A stretch of 44,932 bases of DNA from Catajapyx aquilonaris (GCA_000934665.2 JYFJ02003232.1:1-44932), one strand, 5' to 3'; counted from the stretch's first letter, positions 26,101-36,640 are shown. Notes: generated by a model not told the origin, from the sequence alone. Program-made: numbers and translations.

Positions 26101-29100
26101 TTAAGTGTCGCCTTGAGTTGGGGGAAGTGAAGGGACTTTACGAGGCTTTCAAAACTGGCTAATAGTCGTCGCACCTGCCACTCTCCAAGATTGGATTAGT
26201 CGAGCCCCCAGCGTCAATAAGCACGTCGGGCTCAATCTAAGTAAACTGGGGGAAAGTGACACCAGGGCAGGGCAGGGGTCACCCATCATTTCCTGTTTAT
26301 GATCGTCTCTTGCAAAGTCGATTAACTCGGGGGGAAATAACACGCTCACACGGTGGACGAGTTGGAAACGATCTTTCTTCCCACCCCCCTGTGGATTAAC
26401 CCTTCCCATTCATGGGATCGAGCATAAGATCACAGAGGGAGGGAAACAACTTCTTAAATCCATGCAGTGTACACTCTGCAGTATATCCGGATTTACGTCC
26501 CCGTAAATCCTCCTCGAATCTTGCTTAATTTTTCTTCTAATAGTACTAAATCCTAGCTAAATCTCATTAAATCATCTTAAATCGGTTGTCTAGAGGGAAA
26601 ATTATGGATGTCATTTTCTCTCATATTATACGGTAGTTAATTTATGGGTATAGTTTTCCGGGATAACGTGTAATGTTGGTAAGGTTCCGTCCTGGTTTTA
26701 ATTTCACGCCTTAGAACACTGAATGCTATACAATAATTAGGCTTCGCATGAAAGTAATTAAAGCTAAAGCTAAAACAATTATTAAAATGTGCGTATTCGC
26801 TGGACAGGGTAGGTACACGAGTTAAAACTTATGAAAGTGTATTCGTAATCAAAAGAATGCACCATCCAATGCGCATGTGTACAAAATTTTTGTTTAATGT
26901 CCCACATATTAATATGCATAATTATTAGCATTAAACATTAACAATATATCAACATTAAAATAATTGACCTTACGATACAATGGGTGTTCGACCTAAATGC
27001 ACAATATGTTGTTGAATTCATGCCCATATCAGCTCAATGCAAATTATGTATACCTACTGCAGTTTTCATCTCAAATTTTTTCCCGGTCCTCAGTGGCGAA
27101 ATATTATTTTATCGACAGATATCCCTCCGCATATTCAGGGTTTTTACTCTCCCGAGACCGGCAGTAAAATATAATCCAACAACGGTTCAGTGTGATGGCC
27201 GTTTCCTGAGCTATAAACTTTTACGGCTTGGCTGAAATATTATTGCGAAGATAAAGAAATGTGCAGCAAAGTTATGATTACTAATACCTTGTTTGGCATC
27301 ACTGTAGAAAAAACTCCAAGTTCTTCTGCATGAATTTATTATTTTCACTTTAAAGGTTGTTAGCATGCAAAAATCTGAAAAATTTCCGAGAAATTCCAGT
27401 ATGGCAATAATCCTTTGTAATATATTGAACCGAAGGGCAAAATATTCCGTGTTCACTTTCCTGGGTCACATCCCTCATCCATGGTAACTCCTCCTAATTA
27501 CATAACTACACTTGGCTGCTTCTGAGGCAACAATCTCAGACAACACACGTGCGAGGGGGGCCAGGATGAGCGCAAACTTTTGGGCAAGAGGGCAAACACT
27601 GCCATGTTTACCAGGCGACGGTTAATTTTCACTTGCAACATACAGCGTATACATAGAGTGGCCTGGAACAAGGCTTGGAAGCTGCCGCTGAGATATTATC
27701 ACAGCGCTATAGCACCGGTTCTATGCCAGAGGAACGTTCAGTTGGTGTTATCAGAATGACGTAGGGCCTACAGAATATTATTTCAGAAAGTGACAATGGC
27801 CATATAAAAGATTATTTTCCAACATCAGAACCCATATGCTGAGCTGATAGTTAAGTAATGCCTGAAGTAGGCTATTGCAAGGGGAAATGACGATAAAGTC
27901 CGTTAAACGAAAGAACTATCTGACGTCATCGTTTTGTTTACCGAATCCTAGTCAACAAAAATCTGCCAATAGCACCTCTGGAACCTCCCATTTTTCCTGT
28001 TTCCATGGAAGATACCCTCATGCAACAATAGAGCAAACAGTGTCAACAAAACAGAACAATGTTTGCTCACATTGTTGTGTGAGATCATTTCCATTGAAAC
28101 AGGATAAGTGGGAGGTCCCAGAGGTGCGTTCGGCAGATTTTCATTGACTAGGAGTCGGTAAACAAAAACGATGACGTCCAATCAGTCGTTCTTTCGTTTA
28201 ACGGACTTTAGGAAGATGATTTTTTTTCGTTTACAAATAATATACATTTTGCATCGAGACCCTCCTGCATGATTTTTATCTATTCTACCTAATATTATGA
28301 ACTAACTAGATGCGGCACCCGGCGTTGCCCGGGAAGAAATGCATGAAGGGAAAACACCTGCCAGTAGCCCGCAGTAGCCCCGTGAACTGTCTGTCTTTGT
28401 GTGTGTCCGCCCACCAATGCCATCTGTCTCCAACTCCTTCAACCTCTCCCCCCTGAATAACGGCAACCGGCATTTGCTTGCCATCTGTCGGCAACTCCCA
28501 ACACGTCCCTCTTCCGTCCTGGGGATGGAACGCAGGTGGCAGGCAGATGACGATTGGCAGGCGGACAGACGGAAAGAGACGACAGACTCACAAACGGCTT
28601 TATTTATAAAGATTTCCGTGATAACCTTTAAAAGGTTCTGTTCCAAAGTAACTCCTTAATAATAATAAGCAGTTTAGTTCTAAGGAATAACTGATATCCA
28701 CCAGAGGGAGAATTCGATTGGCACACACTGTATACAGGATGTTTCTCTGCCCAAGTTGACGGTCCCTGAAGCGGGTATAGGGGGCAGAGCCCAGTTCGAA
28801 TTCAAACTCCAGTCCCCACTAGGTACAAAATTGGGGTCTTCCTTTACCTCTTTTAGTATTTCGTATTTGTTTACATCGCCCATCATTATTCTATCAACAA
28901 TGTTTCAGAAAAATAATGACGGAACTCTGGCGAACACAGTACGTAACTGCACAAAACAATTGAACACCCGTAATAATTATGGAAGGAGTGATTAAATTAG
29001 CTGTGGGTTTCCCCAGTGCTTTGTGGCGCAATAAATGTGATGTGCATGTGAAAGCGAGAGTGTCATTTTCAATCGACCGTCATGTCGGTTTTTCCTGTCG

Positions 29101-32100
29101 AATACAGAACGACATTGGGAAGCAAACGCTCGCTTGTGGTTAGATTATCTACATTTTATTGTATTGTCCCCTATACAGGTATATTGAATAAGTGTGTACG
29201 AGGATGTAGCCGGCCAATAATAGCTTTTGGCTCAAATAATTCCTATATAAATGATGACGCCGATCATGCATAGATCGTATAATTATACTTCAAGGGGTTA
29301 TAATAACGGGTTACAACCACTCGACTGTAAAGTGTACCAAGGAGTACCAAATTCAAGGAGTACCAAGGAATGCCAAAAAGTAAGGTACCTAAAGCGTACC
29401 TGGGAGTATCATTGCAGGTGTACACCGGAGTAGGTATACTTAGTCCGGGACCTAAGCGTTTTAACTTTGCACTTGGTGATAAGAAGGTGCCCACTTGGCC
29501 CACATGTTCTCTAGGCCTATATGAGCCATTTGAGAGATGGCGGCACCTGATCGGCCCCTTAGGTCAAACACAAACAAACAACATTTCATGCCCTCTATAC
29601 ATACACCCTGCAGTTTCCAGAAAGTTCCGCAATTGACAGGTTTTCGCTACACTCAGGGTCCGTTGTGGACAGGTGTCACCTCATTACCTTGTAATACATC
29701 GGAAGAGTGGATCTGTGTCTCTTTTTGCCATTCTCGTGCGGTTTTATCCGACTTTTAGAGCATTTACATGTTGAGCCTCATGGGTTGGCATTCTTGGCAA
29801 CACCGCATAACTCGTGACCTAAGGGGCCGATCAGGTAGCGCCATGCGTCAAATGCCTCCTGCAGGCCTCCTGTAGAGAACATGTCTACCAAGTGGCACCT
29901 TCTTATCACAAAGTGCAGAGTTAAAACGCTTATGTACCGGAACAGGTTGGCAACACCGTATTGCTCGTGACCTAAAGGGCCGATCAGGTGCCGCCAACTC
30001 TGAAATGGCTCCTATAGGCATAGGGAACATAATGTACCATATGTACCACGGGGCACCTTCTTATCACAAAGTGCAAAGTTCGACGTGGTTTCTGCGCTTA
30101 GGTCCTTGACTAACTGCAACAGTTACTTGTTTGCCTAATATAGCAATGTTAAGTAACATTATGTGCCACCACTGTAAAGAGTTAAAGCCTGGCGATAGCC
30201 TTAAATGCTACTCCGGCCTTTCATTGATCAAGGCATTACTCGACTCAAACACTCTAAAAATGTCACCACCAGAATAATATTGATATTCATGCGATAGTTG
30301 GTAGTCGACTGACACAAAGAGTCACGTCGATGAAATATATCCAGAACATAGCAATAGAGGTTTGAGACGGGATATCCAGCGTTGGGGGGGGGGGTTGCTG
30401 CGTGTGGGGAGGAGGGTTGGGGGAGGTCATTTGGGCCAGCAATTGCCATTGTGTGGGGCCTCCAAGGCAGCCAGATTACAATGCGGGGATTAAGCTCTCG
30501 GATTCTTCTCCTCCCTATTTCTCCTCGAAACTTTGGCAGACAGGCAATAAGGAAGGAGGAAGAGGGAATAAGGAATCGAGGAAGAAAGAATAAAGACGGA
30601 AAGAGGCTATACGCCCGCGACGGTCAATACCATCACGGCCACACTTCAATACAATGTAACATATAAAGAAGGCGGAACTGGATTACACCCAGCAATCAAG
30701 GAAGTCACATCAGTACGTGAGCAGTGTACATGACAACAGTGATTAGCAAATAGGAGTCAGTGTCCTGGCTATATGAAAGAATGTTAACAAGGATAGGTAA
30801 CCTACAGGACATTTATTTTTCTTTGTCAGAAATGGTGCTTTATATAGTGCCTGCTAAAAGGTGCAAACTAGAATTGCAAAACAGTACTCCGGAGCTGAAA
30901 ATAGGGGTCGAAGAGCGGAATATTGCAATTTTTCAAGACTCATTGACCACCGAATGTCCTATAAACCCGATATAAATTTTATTCTTGTATTTATGGCATA
31001 GGCATAATAATAACTTATGAGGACGTGTTTTTTGAGTAGAATTTTGTTCACGACATACTCTTTGCACCATATGGAAACCCTTCAAAATAGGCTGTTACTA
31101 CCGGATTCATCAGGTTCAATAAATGCAGGTTTTACTGAACAATGTGTCACTCAAAAATGGGATAACATCTAATGCCATAAAACTAAAATCATAATTAATT
31201 CAGGTCCATAGCGTCTTATTTCGTGTACATTTGAAACTTGAATATATTGCAAATTCACAGCACTTTGAACCAAACTACTCTTTGTATCCCTGGTTTGCAA
31301 TCCTATTTTTCACTTTCTAGTACGCATTATCAAGCACTACAGTTGCACAAAAAATCTTAGTGCTAAATAGGTGTCCCCTTGATATAAGTACTCGTAGTAG
31401 TGTATGACTGTAATATACTCGTATTATTTCCACCAGGTAACTCGAGTGAGCCATCATATTGCCATGTGCAAACCGAAGCAGTAGTGGTGTAGTGGTATGG
31501 TGTCCGACTGCTAATCGGGAGGTCCTGGGTTCGAATCCCGGAGACCGGAGACCGGCGACCCTGATAATGGTTTTCGGTGGTTTCCCATGGTCACCGCAGG
31601 ATAATTCCGGGGTCGTTACCGTAATTATAGGTCACAGCCGCTTCCTTCCTTACCTATCCTTGCCTCAATTCCGATGAAAAGTATAGTAAAAATAGAAAGA
31701 GTTTCAGACAAAAAAATTGGGAGAAATCCCCCCTAATAAAGCCTAAAGGGCTGATAATGGGGTATCAATTAATATTGCAATATTTGTGCAATATTTGGCT
31801 GAGAATTAAAATACTCCTCGTTTTAAAAACTGCCAACAGAATTTAGTCGGAAACTTCTACTACAAGGTTGGAGTCAAATTTTCACAATTAAAAATGGCTG
31901 AACCGAGATGGCGTAGGTAGGCGATATTAACATGACTCATTTATAAGTGAGCAGTTGGCCTTCTTTTGGGCTATATAGGTACATGAAGCCGGTATCTTTG
32001 AATTTAGAATTCAATTCTCAGTCCTCCTTGACCCTTGAGTGCTGTACGTGCAGTACCTAGTACGTTTTAATGAAATTTCGGTGTAGCTAAGCAAACATTA

Positions 32101-35100
32101 TAAACGAATTAACAACAAAAATCTGCTCTCATATTCAAGTTCAGCGGTTACTGAAACCATCCATGCATATCACGCACAGTTTGAAGCGGTGCCGATGACT
32201 GAGAGTTATTGCAAATGATGAAAATAATGATAAGCATGCAAGGAAGCAAGGAAGTTTTGGACAGATTTGTGAATGGGATAAAGCGAACATTACCCAGCCT
32301 GGTATTGAACACTTTTGAATTTTGAAAATACAAGTATAACTATTAGATTCCGCATCTTCCACAAAAACCTGTTTTGGCGAGGATCAAATAAAAGCCTCCT
32401 ATTTTGAAAATTCGGACAGGTGGGGAGGTGTAAATGGCCGAGATGGTAACGTCTCGGATTGTTGAGTGAAAGGCCCCAGGTTCGATCCCCGCCTGGGGAA
32501 CTTTCCATTCAATTGCGTCAGGAGGGTCTCTGACCTGCACCAAGGAGGTGTCTGGCAACCTAACCTCCTGGGGAACAGCACATGACCCCTTTACTGACCT
32601 TGCACTTGCACCAATGTTCCCTCCCCCAAAAATCCCTATCCCTACCCTACATCCTTGACTACTTGCACCGGTGATGAAGTTAAAGGAAAATTGGAGAGTA
32701 ATGGTGGTATTCCACCCCCCTAAAAGGGCTAAGCCTTATCACGGGGTAACGTAAAAAAACGGACAGGTTTTTTTTTGTAATTGTTAGTCACAAAATCCGA
32801 CGTGACATACTGACTATTCCTTAGACCTGTACGAAATAAACTTCACAATCTTGTTCTATTTTGCATATACTGTAGTCTAAAAGAAGAATTTCAAATTCGT
32901 GCAAACTTCGAACTGCATTCGATTCGGTCCCTGATTTGGTAGCATTTGGTACAAACGTCGCATTCAGGCGTCCCAAGCGGCACAATGTTTTCGTAATCAC
33001 GTTGGGACTTCACTCAAGCGTGTATCGGAATCATTTACGAAGTTAAACCAGAAAGTTCGAGAATAAATTTATGCAGGCATTCTTGCACTGCATCATTGAC
33101 GCCAGCACAAAACCAAGTCTTGAAAACTCTAGGAATCATCCTTGCATCTATTTATCGCGGTATCACCTTTCTCACTATATATTGAAAGCGTTTCTTCAGG
33201 TAGTTCCTCTTCCTTCAGCCGTCAGATAATATTGCTGCACGAGTAACCGTCAATATCTCCTCGTCTGACAAGAGCGAGCAAATTGCACGTGACGGCATCC
33301 CGCAACTAGTCCCAAGGAATTCTTTCAGGCAGGAGGCAGCCATTTTCCGAGTCTGAAGAGATCGCAGCTGGGCTTAATGGCTCCTCCCACCGGGAACCAA
33401 AAACTTTGAACCCGGAAGAAAATTTGGAAAACTTGTTGCGGGGAGGAGGTACTTGCTCATCGCCTATTAGTAAGTTCCTCCATCGATCGGCTATGGAGAT
33501 GATCGACTTGCACCATGGACAATATTGATGGGCGTTTTAAATTCGCTCGCGACGACGCCAGGTGGAGATTATACGCTGCTGAGGGGCCCTTGATTATAGT
33601 CTGCACACTCTTTCTCGTTTGCGGCCGCTTTTTAACAGATGGCACCAGGCGCGTAGGGATCCTGGAACCTATCATTTTTTTTCTTCAATGTGATCTAAAA
33701 CACTATTGTTATTTCTGAGATTAAAGGACTATTACGCCTGTTTTCTCCAGATCATGTGCTCTTTTAAGCATACAAAAAAAAATCCACCAGCATGTAAAAC
33801 CGCGACAATAGTGCAATCTGTAGCAATATCCACCAGGCAGTTGAGTCTCTTATAAGGAAGACCTGAATCTACTATCGATTTCCTTTCGATTCCGGCTCAC
33901 AGCGGATTTTATTGAGCCCCTTTCCACCCGCAGAAAGTGCCTTCGTTCCCAAAATCGGGTCATCACAATTTTACCTAATACAGTGCTGATGCTGTACTTC
34001 AGATGGTGCCTTACCTGAGATATGCGTAAAGGGATAGGAGGTAAAACAATCCAGCCAGAGTGTCAGCTCTGCCAACTATTCCGGACACCTAGAAAAAAAG
34101 TGATGTCATTTTCAATTTCATTTTGCACAACATTGCAAATTTTATGCCTGTAGAAGTCAGCCTAAATCCATGGATTACTGCGACTATTTGCGCTATTTTG
34201 GAATGATAATGTTGGGGGGTTGCGCCTTATTATCTTAATCTGCTGCAACACACGTAATTCTATCTCTAATGGCAGTTTAATCGCTGGTTCGAATAGTGTA
34301 TCTGCATCGACACGTGTAGTGCGGTTCAATCCAATAAATCCAGGTCCAGCCACAGGCTTTCGAGTATGATCAGTTTGGACCAATGGAATGACAATCATCG
34401 GGAATGTAGGGTGGGAGGGCGGTGGGGAGAAAAAAATGACGACCACATGCTACAACCAGGATGAGTCAACACTCGGCACGAAGTTCAATGGAATGAAATA
34501 TTTACCTCCCTATACATTGTGGCCGATATTTTGTGGGCTTCAAAATTTCCCACATCTGCAGTGAACCAACAGATTCAGCCCACAAACAAAATTTTCTTGC
34601 TTTCTACTGGCCCACAAAAACTACCCAGGGCGGACATGTTTACACTGCAAGGCGACAGAGATAAATTCTACTTCCCCACATTTTTTTGCAAAGACTTTTG
34701 GGGAGACTAAACTATACTGCTGCCAAAGGTATAATCTGAACTGAAGCGTCAGTGAGATGTGGCCGATAATACCCATCCATCCGGGCCTACAAGTTGATGC
34801 AGTGAGTGCCACAATATCCGCCACCGATGCCACTACACTTTCAGATCACGAGTGGCACCCCATCTGCCGCCTGATGGCCCGCAACATCTGCAGGACCTGC
34901 TGCACTATCGGAGAATCAATCGCGCATCACACTAGGTCCACACCGGTTCCGACAACATCAGTCTTTGAACCTCCCCACTTTTTTGTATGAATTTGTCAAT
35001 CTATGTCACGGCTCCGGGTGTAGATGGACAGGAGTATGACACTGTCTGGACAGATAACGTTTTATACTTACAGCTTCGGTATGAATAGGGTGCGTTGCAA

Positions 35101-35249
35101 ATAGGAGTCCAGCAGTCCATGTGACACGAGCTCCTAGTCTTAGTTTATGCCTGCAAATGATTGCTAGTAGAGCTGTCACGACTGCGTGGAGTAACACGTT
35201 GACTATGTGAAACCCAGGTGCGTTCATTCCATGCGCTAAGACGTTCAGT
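4992..35249 (-). CDS. TMTC1: TMTC1-like protein O-mannosyltransferase, 12 internal exons (partial, ~552 aa; 5' and 3' exons not in window)
   Basis: Joined exons give one stop-free frame with TMTC motifs in order: [101 protein letters not shown] helices. Assignment to TMTC1 rather than TMTC2-4 is from recalled motif similarity. Confidence 0.9.
5355..5607. mobile_element. MITE with ~55-bp TIRs
   Basis: TTGAAGGGGAGACAATGCAAAGGTCCTAAGTGCCAAA at left, exact reverse complement at right, imperfect extension to ...GTTATGA; superfamily unresolved. Confidence 0.85.
5905..6147. mobile_element. MITE with TAG...CTA termini (Academ-like)
   Basis: TAGCCTAGAATGCAActGGCCTAAGTCCA versus TGGACTTAGGCCtaTTGCATTCTAGGCTA; flanks CAA/AAA. 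Confidence 0.7.
8331..8411. mobile_element. ~80-bp mini-MITE, copy 1
   Basis: TATATCGCTCAAAATGATGGAGAC...GTCTCCATCTTTTTGAGTGATATA; homologous in opposite orientation to 17027-17104. Confidence 0.8.
9011..9259. mobile_element. hAT (Charlie-like) non-autonomous element
   Basis: TIRs CAGTGGTTTTCAACC / GGTTGGAAACCACTG (14/15); ATTTAGA on both sides, consistent with a decayed 8-bp TSD with central TA; N at 9228. Confidence 0.85.
9327..9535 (-). CDS. TMTC1: TMTC1-like exon k (209 nt): [30 protein letters not shown]...[12 protein letters not shown]
   Basis: Acceptor TTTTGTTTGATACAG, donor GTATGC; TPRs; phase 2 to 1. Confidence 0.92.
10571..10714 (-). CDS. TMTC1: TMTC1-like exon j (144 nt): [26 protein letters not shown]...AYFNLANLK
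   Basis: Acceptor TTTATTTGGAACAG, donor GTAAGT; TPR. Confidence 0.93.
13100..14150 (-). pseudogene. Heavily decayed non-LTR retrotransposon RT (R4/NeSL-like)
   Basis: Colinear remnants across frames: [52 protein letters not shown] (cf. YMDDLKLYA), EYLKI; many stops and frameshifts; boundaries approximate. Confidence 0.5.
14883..14996 (-). CDS. TMTC1: TMTC1-like exon i (114 nt): [37 protein letters not shown]
   Basis: Acceptor TCATGTAATAG, donor GTAGGG; first TPR. Confidence 0.93.
16075..16236 (-). CDS. TMTC1: TMTC1-like exon h (162 nt): [15 protein letters not shown]...[16 protein letters not shown]
   Basis: Acceptor CTTAATCCGACAG, donor GTGAGT; KTxxRNxDW motif; phase 2 to 2. Confidence 0.93.
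17027..17104. mobile_element. 78-bp mini-MITE, copy 2, TA-flanked (Tc1/mariner type)
   Basis: TA-CTATGTCGCTCAAAAAGGTGGAGAC...GTCTCCATCATTTTGAGCGATATAG-TA. Confidence 0.8.
17806..17927 (-). CDS. TMTC1: TMTC1-like exon g (122 nt): [40 protein letters not shown]
   Basis: Acceptor CCCTTTACAG, donor GTAAGG; [22 protein letters not shown] motif. Confidence 0.95.
18869..19058 (-). CDS. TMTC1: TMTC1-like exon f (190 nt): [33 protein letters not shown]...CTK
   Basis: Acceptor CATTGCAG, donor GTAAGA; LxYDWxxGSIP motif; 66-bp upstream intron. Confidence 0.94.
19125..19228 (-). CDS. TMTC1: TMTC1-like exon e (104 nt): [34 protein letters not shown]
   Basis: Acceptor TTTCTTTTACAG, donor GTAACT; DNPAS motif at the start of the DUF1736 region. 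Confidence 0.93.
20412..20690 (-). mobile_element. Internally deleted mariner transposon remnant
   Basis: TA-CGAGGGCTG TIR at 20410; minus strand joins HTH-region [19 protein letters not shown] directly to C-terminal IRALDRSIR...GILRLPHR / RVLHNAGD; catalytic DDD region absent. Confidence 0.75.
21311..21620 (-). mobile_element. tRNA-derived SINE, degenerate, with (AACC)-like tail
   Basis: Minus strand A box TAGTGTAGTGG, B box GGCTCGATCC, CCGCTTCCTTC core shared with the 31472 and 39427 SINEs. Confidence 0.7.
23373..23781. mobile_element. MITE (23533-23781) preceded by a diverged tandem copy of its left part (23373-23511)
   Basis: TIR TGGACGGTGTTATGCAATAA / TTATTGCATAACACCGTCCA; GAAATCTGCATACTTC...AAATGACCGAAAAG present twice in direct orientation. 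Confidence 0.75.
23830..23902 (-). CDS. TMTC1: TMTC1-like exon d (73 nt): [24 protein letters not shown]
   Basis: Acceptor TTTTTGCACCCGCAG, donor GTAAGT; supplies the phase 2 to 0 change needed to join the neighbours; 70-bp upstream intron. Confidence 0.85.
23973..24122 (-). CDS. TMTC1: TMTC1-like exon c (150 nt): [34 protein letters not shown]...LVK
   Basis: Acceptor TTCTTCCTGCAG, donor GTTAGT; MLSKExG motif; phase 2 to 2. Confidence 0.92.
27894..28210. mobile_element. Foldback MITE, nearly fully palindromic
   Basis: TAAAGTCCGTTAAACGAAAGAAC...GTTCTTTCGTTTAACGGACTTTA; imperfect pairing continues ~145 bp per arm. Confidence 0.9.
28306..28612 (-). mobile_element. Non-autonomous Helitron (307 bp)
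   Basis: Minus strand starts A|TCTTTATAAATAAAG and ends with hairpin CCCGGGCAACGCCGGG, 8 nt, CTAG|T; no TSD; GTCT-type simple repeats near the 5' end. Confidence 0.85.
29441..30112. mobile_element. Academ-like non-autonomous element with a duplicated right arm
   Basis: TAGTCCGGGACCTAAGCG...CGCTTAGGTCCTTGACTA, 3-bp TSD ACT (29438-29440, 30113-30115); left arm ~29441-29566 matches both ~29815-29940 and ~29968-30112. Confidence 0.8.
31472..31772 (+). mobile_element. tRNA-derived SINE (same family as 39427-39775)
   Basis: A box TGGTGTAGTGG, anticodon-like arm CCGA-CTGCTAA-TCGG, B box GTTCGAATCC, core GGTTTTCGGTGGTTTCCC...CAGCCGCTTCCTTCC, 3' CCCC...GGGGTA. Confidence 0.85.
32422..32759 (+). mobile_element. 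tRNA-derived SINE with 9-bp TSD
   Basis: A box TGGCCGAGATGG, B box GGTTCGATCCC, short A tail, TSD CGGACAGGT (32413-32421, 32760-32768). Confidence 0.85.
34015..34088 (-). CDS. TMTC1: TMTC1-like exon b (74 nt): [24 protein letters not shown]
   Basis: Acceptor TTTTTTTCTAG, donor GTAAGG; GIVGRAD motif; phase 0 to 2; not in the ORF track. Confidence 0.93.
35072..35249 (-). CDS. TMTC1: TMTC1-like exon a (178 nt): [21 protein letters not shown]...HPIHTEA
   Basis: Acceptor (TC)n-CCTTTTAG, donor GTAAGT; phase 2 in, phase 0 out. Confidence 0.93.
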
Positions 35250-35254
35250 CTAAA

Positions 35255-35257
<3 letters not shown>

Positions 35258-35315
<58 letters not shown>
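35258..35315. repeat. (GA)29 microsatellite, forming the polypyrimidine tract of exon a on the minus strand
   Basis: Perfect GA run ending 8 nt from the exon boundary. Confidence 0.95.
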
Positions 35316-35319
<4 letters not shown>

Positions 35320-36297
35320 ACAGTGACCCGTCGGACTTGAGAAATTGCGCACCTTAAGAAACAACGGTGTCTGTAAAATCGGCGGAAAGTTCTCGGAGGG
35401 CGTCGGGGCTTAAACCGCGTTCATTCTTCGTAACAGACTGCGCCATTCAATCTTAATGGCAATTTCGCGATGAAGGAGCTTTTGGGAAGCTTAGCGAGCA
35501 CCGATCGTACACAAGCGGCATCGATTTTCTAAAACTACGGATGGAAAATAGTGAAATTCGGGGAAAGAAAGGCTGGAGTTGTTGCCTATATTGCTACAGG
35601 GGTTGTGGTCAACAATGACTATAGTTATTATACGAAAAATCGTACACAAGCCAGTTAATGCAACAATGTTAACAAGACCAAGGGCTACTCGAAATTATTA
35701 TTTGAATGAAATATTGATCAAAAAATATGGGCTTCGCCCGAGAGAATATTTTGGCGTATCTATCGCTTTATTGATTTGTAACACGAATGAGACTGTATGT
35801 AAATGTGGACCAGTCACATTGGGGAACAGCGCCTAAATTTAACTTACTGGATAGCAGCAACAAAGGAAACGAAGAGAGTTCTCGGGGGAGTCGAGGAGGG
35901 AGGATGAGAGGCGAAAAAAAGAAGAGAAGCTGAGCAAAGGAGGCTATGTGTACTTGGATCTTCGCCTACTGTTCCTGCTGCAGTCTTGCTCGTCACACGA
36001 CTGACTTCCCAGTCCATGTTTTATTCAGGGCTAGGAGGCAACGAACAAGGTATAAAAAATGCATATTATGACCTACACTTCGCTCGACACTTCGCGACTG
36101 AGCCATACCAGCTGCACTTGTCGCATATTTTGTGCCGGAACCGGATGGATACATTGCGAAACTAATATTTTTCAGGATGGTTTTATTTTTCTTCTAGAGA
36201 AATTGGGCAGAATGAGTTTATTACACACGCTGTACACAGTATTAGAAACCCAATTTGTATTAGTGGTTGAGCATGGAAAGCCAATCATATGTGAGAT

Positions 36298-36640
36298 GAG
36301 GAGGCGGAGTGGTGCTGCGGTAATGTACGCGCCCATGGATGTTAAGGTCCCGGGTTCGATCCCAACCCGGGTCCCAACCCGGGGACACCCCCTTCATCTC
36401 GTGCAGAGTTCAGGGTCACCTCTGGCTTCGTCTCGGGTGGTATTTCCATAGACTAAACCACCCGGGGGAGTTCACTAAAAATGGCCACAGCGTCAGATGC
36501 ACTGCACCTTGCACATCCCCTCCTGTCATCCTGCCCGTGGGCCAGGGCGATACGCTAATGTACTATGTATACACCAACAGCTAATAATAAAGGTCAATGC
36601 GATAAACCCTGATGGGTGAAAGGATTACCCAATCTATTTA

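Noticed and set aside
29334..29410. Short degenerate GTACCAAGGA repeats, and TAAATC ~10-bp periodicity near 26545-26585
   Set aside because: Few units and low complexity; no support for function
30950..31215. Weak inverted repeat (TTATGGCAT, TTTTTGAGT, TTGTTCA and their complements); similar case at 15218-15330
   Set aside because: Possibly old MITEs, but too degenerate to define ends
31472..31545. Functional tRNA-Ser(GCT) gene
   Set aside because: No acceptor stem or long variable arm; continues into a SINE body; a second copy has a tail and TSD. The same applies to the other tRNA-like heads.
34519..34710. ORF ending in DFWG as the missing upstream TMTC exon
   Set aside because: Wrong strand and position, immediate stop, no SHKSYRP motif
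36604..36634. Hammerhead ribozyme (CTGATG...GAAA), also considered for the CCCC...GGGG SINE tails
   Set aside because: Lacks the full CTGANGA core, stem II and the other closing helices
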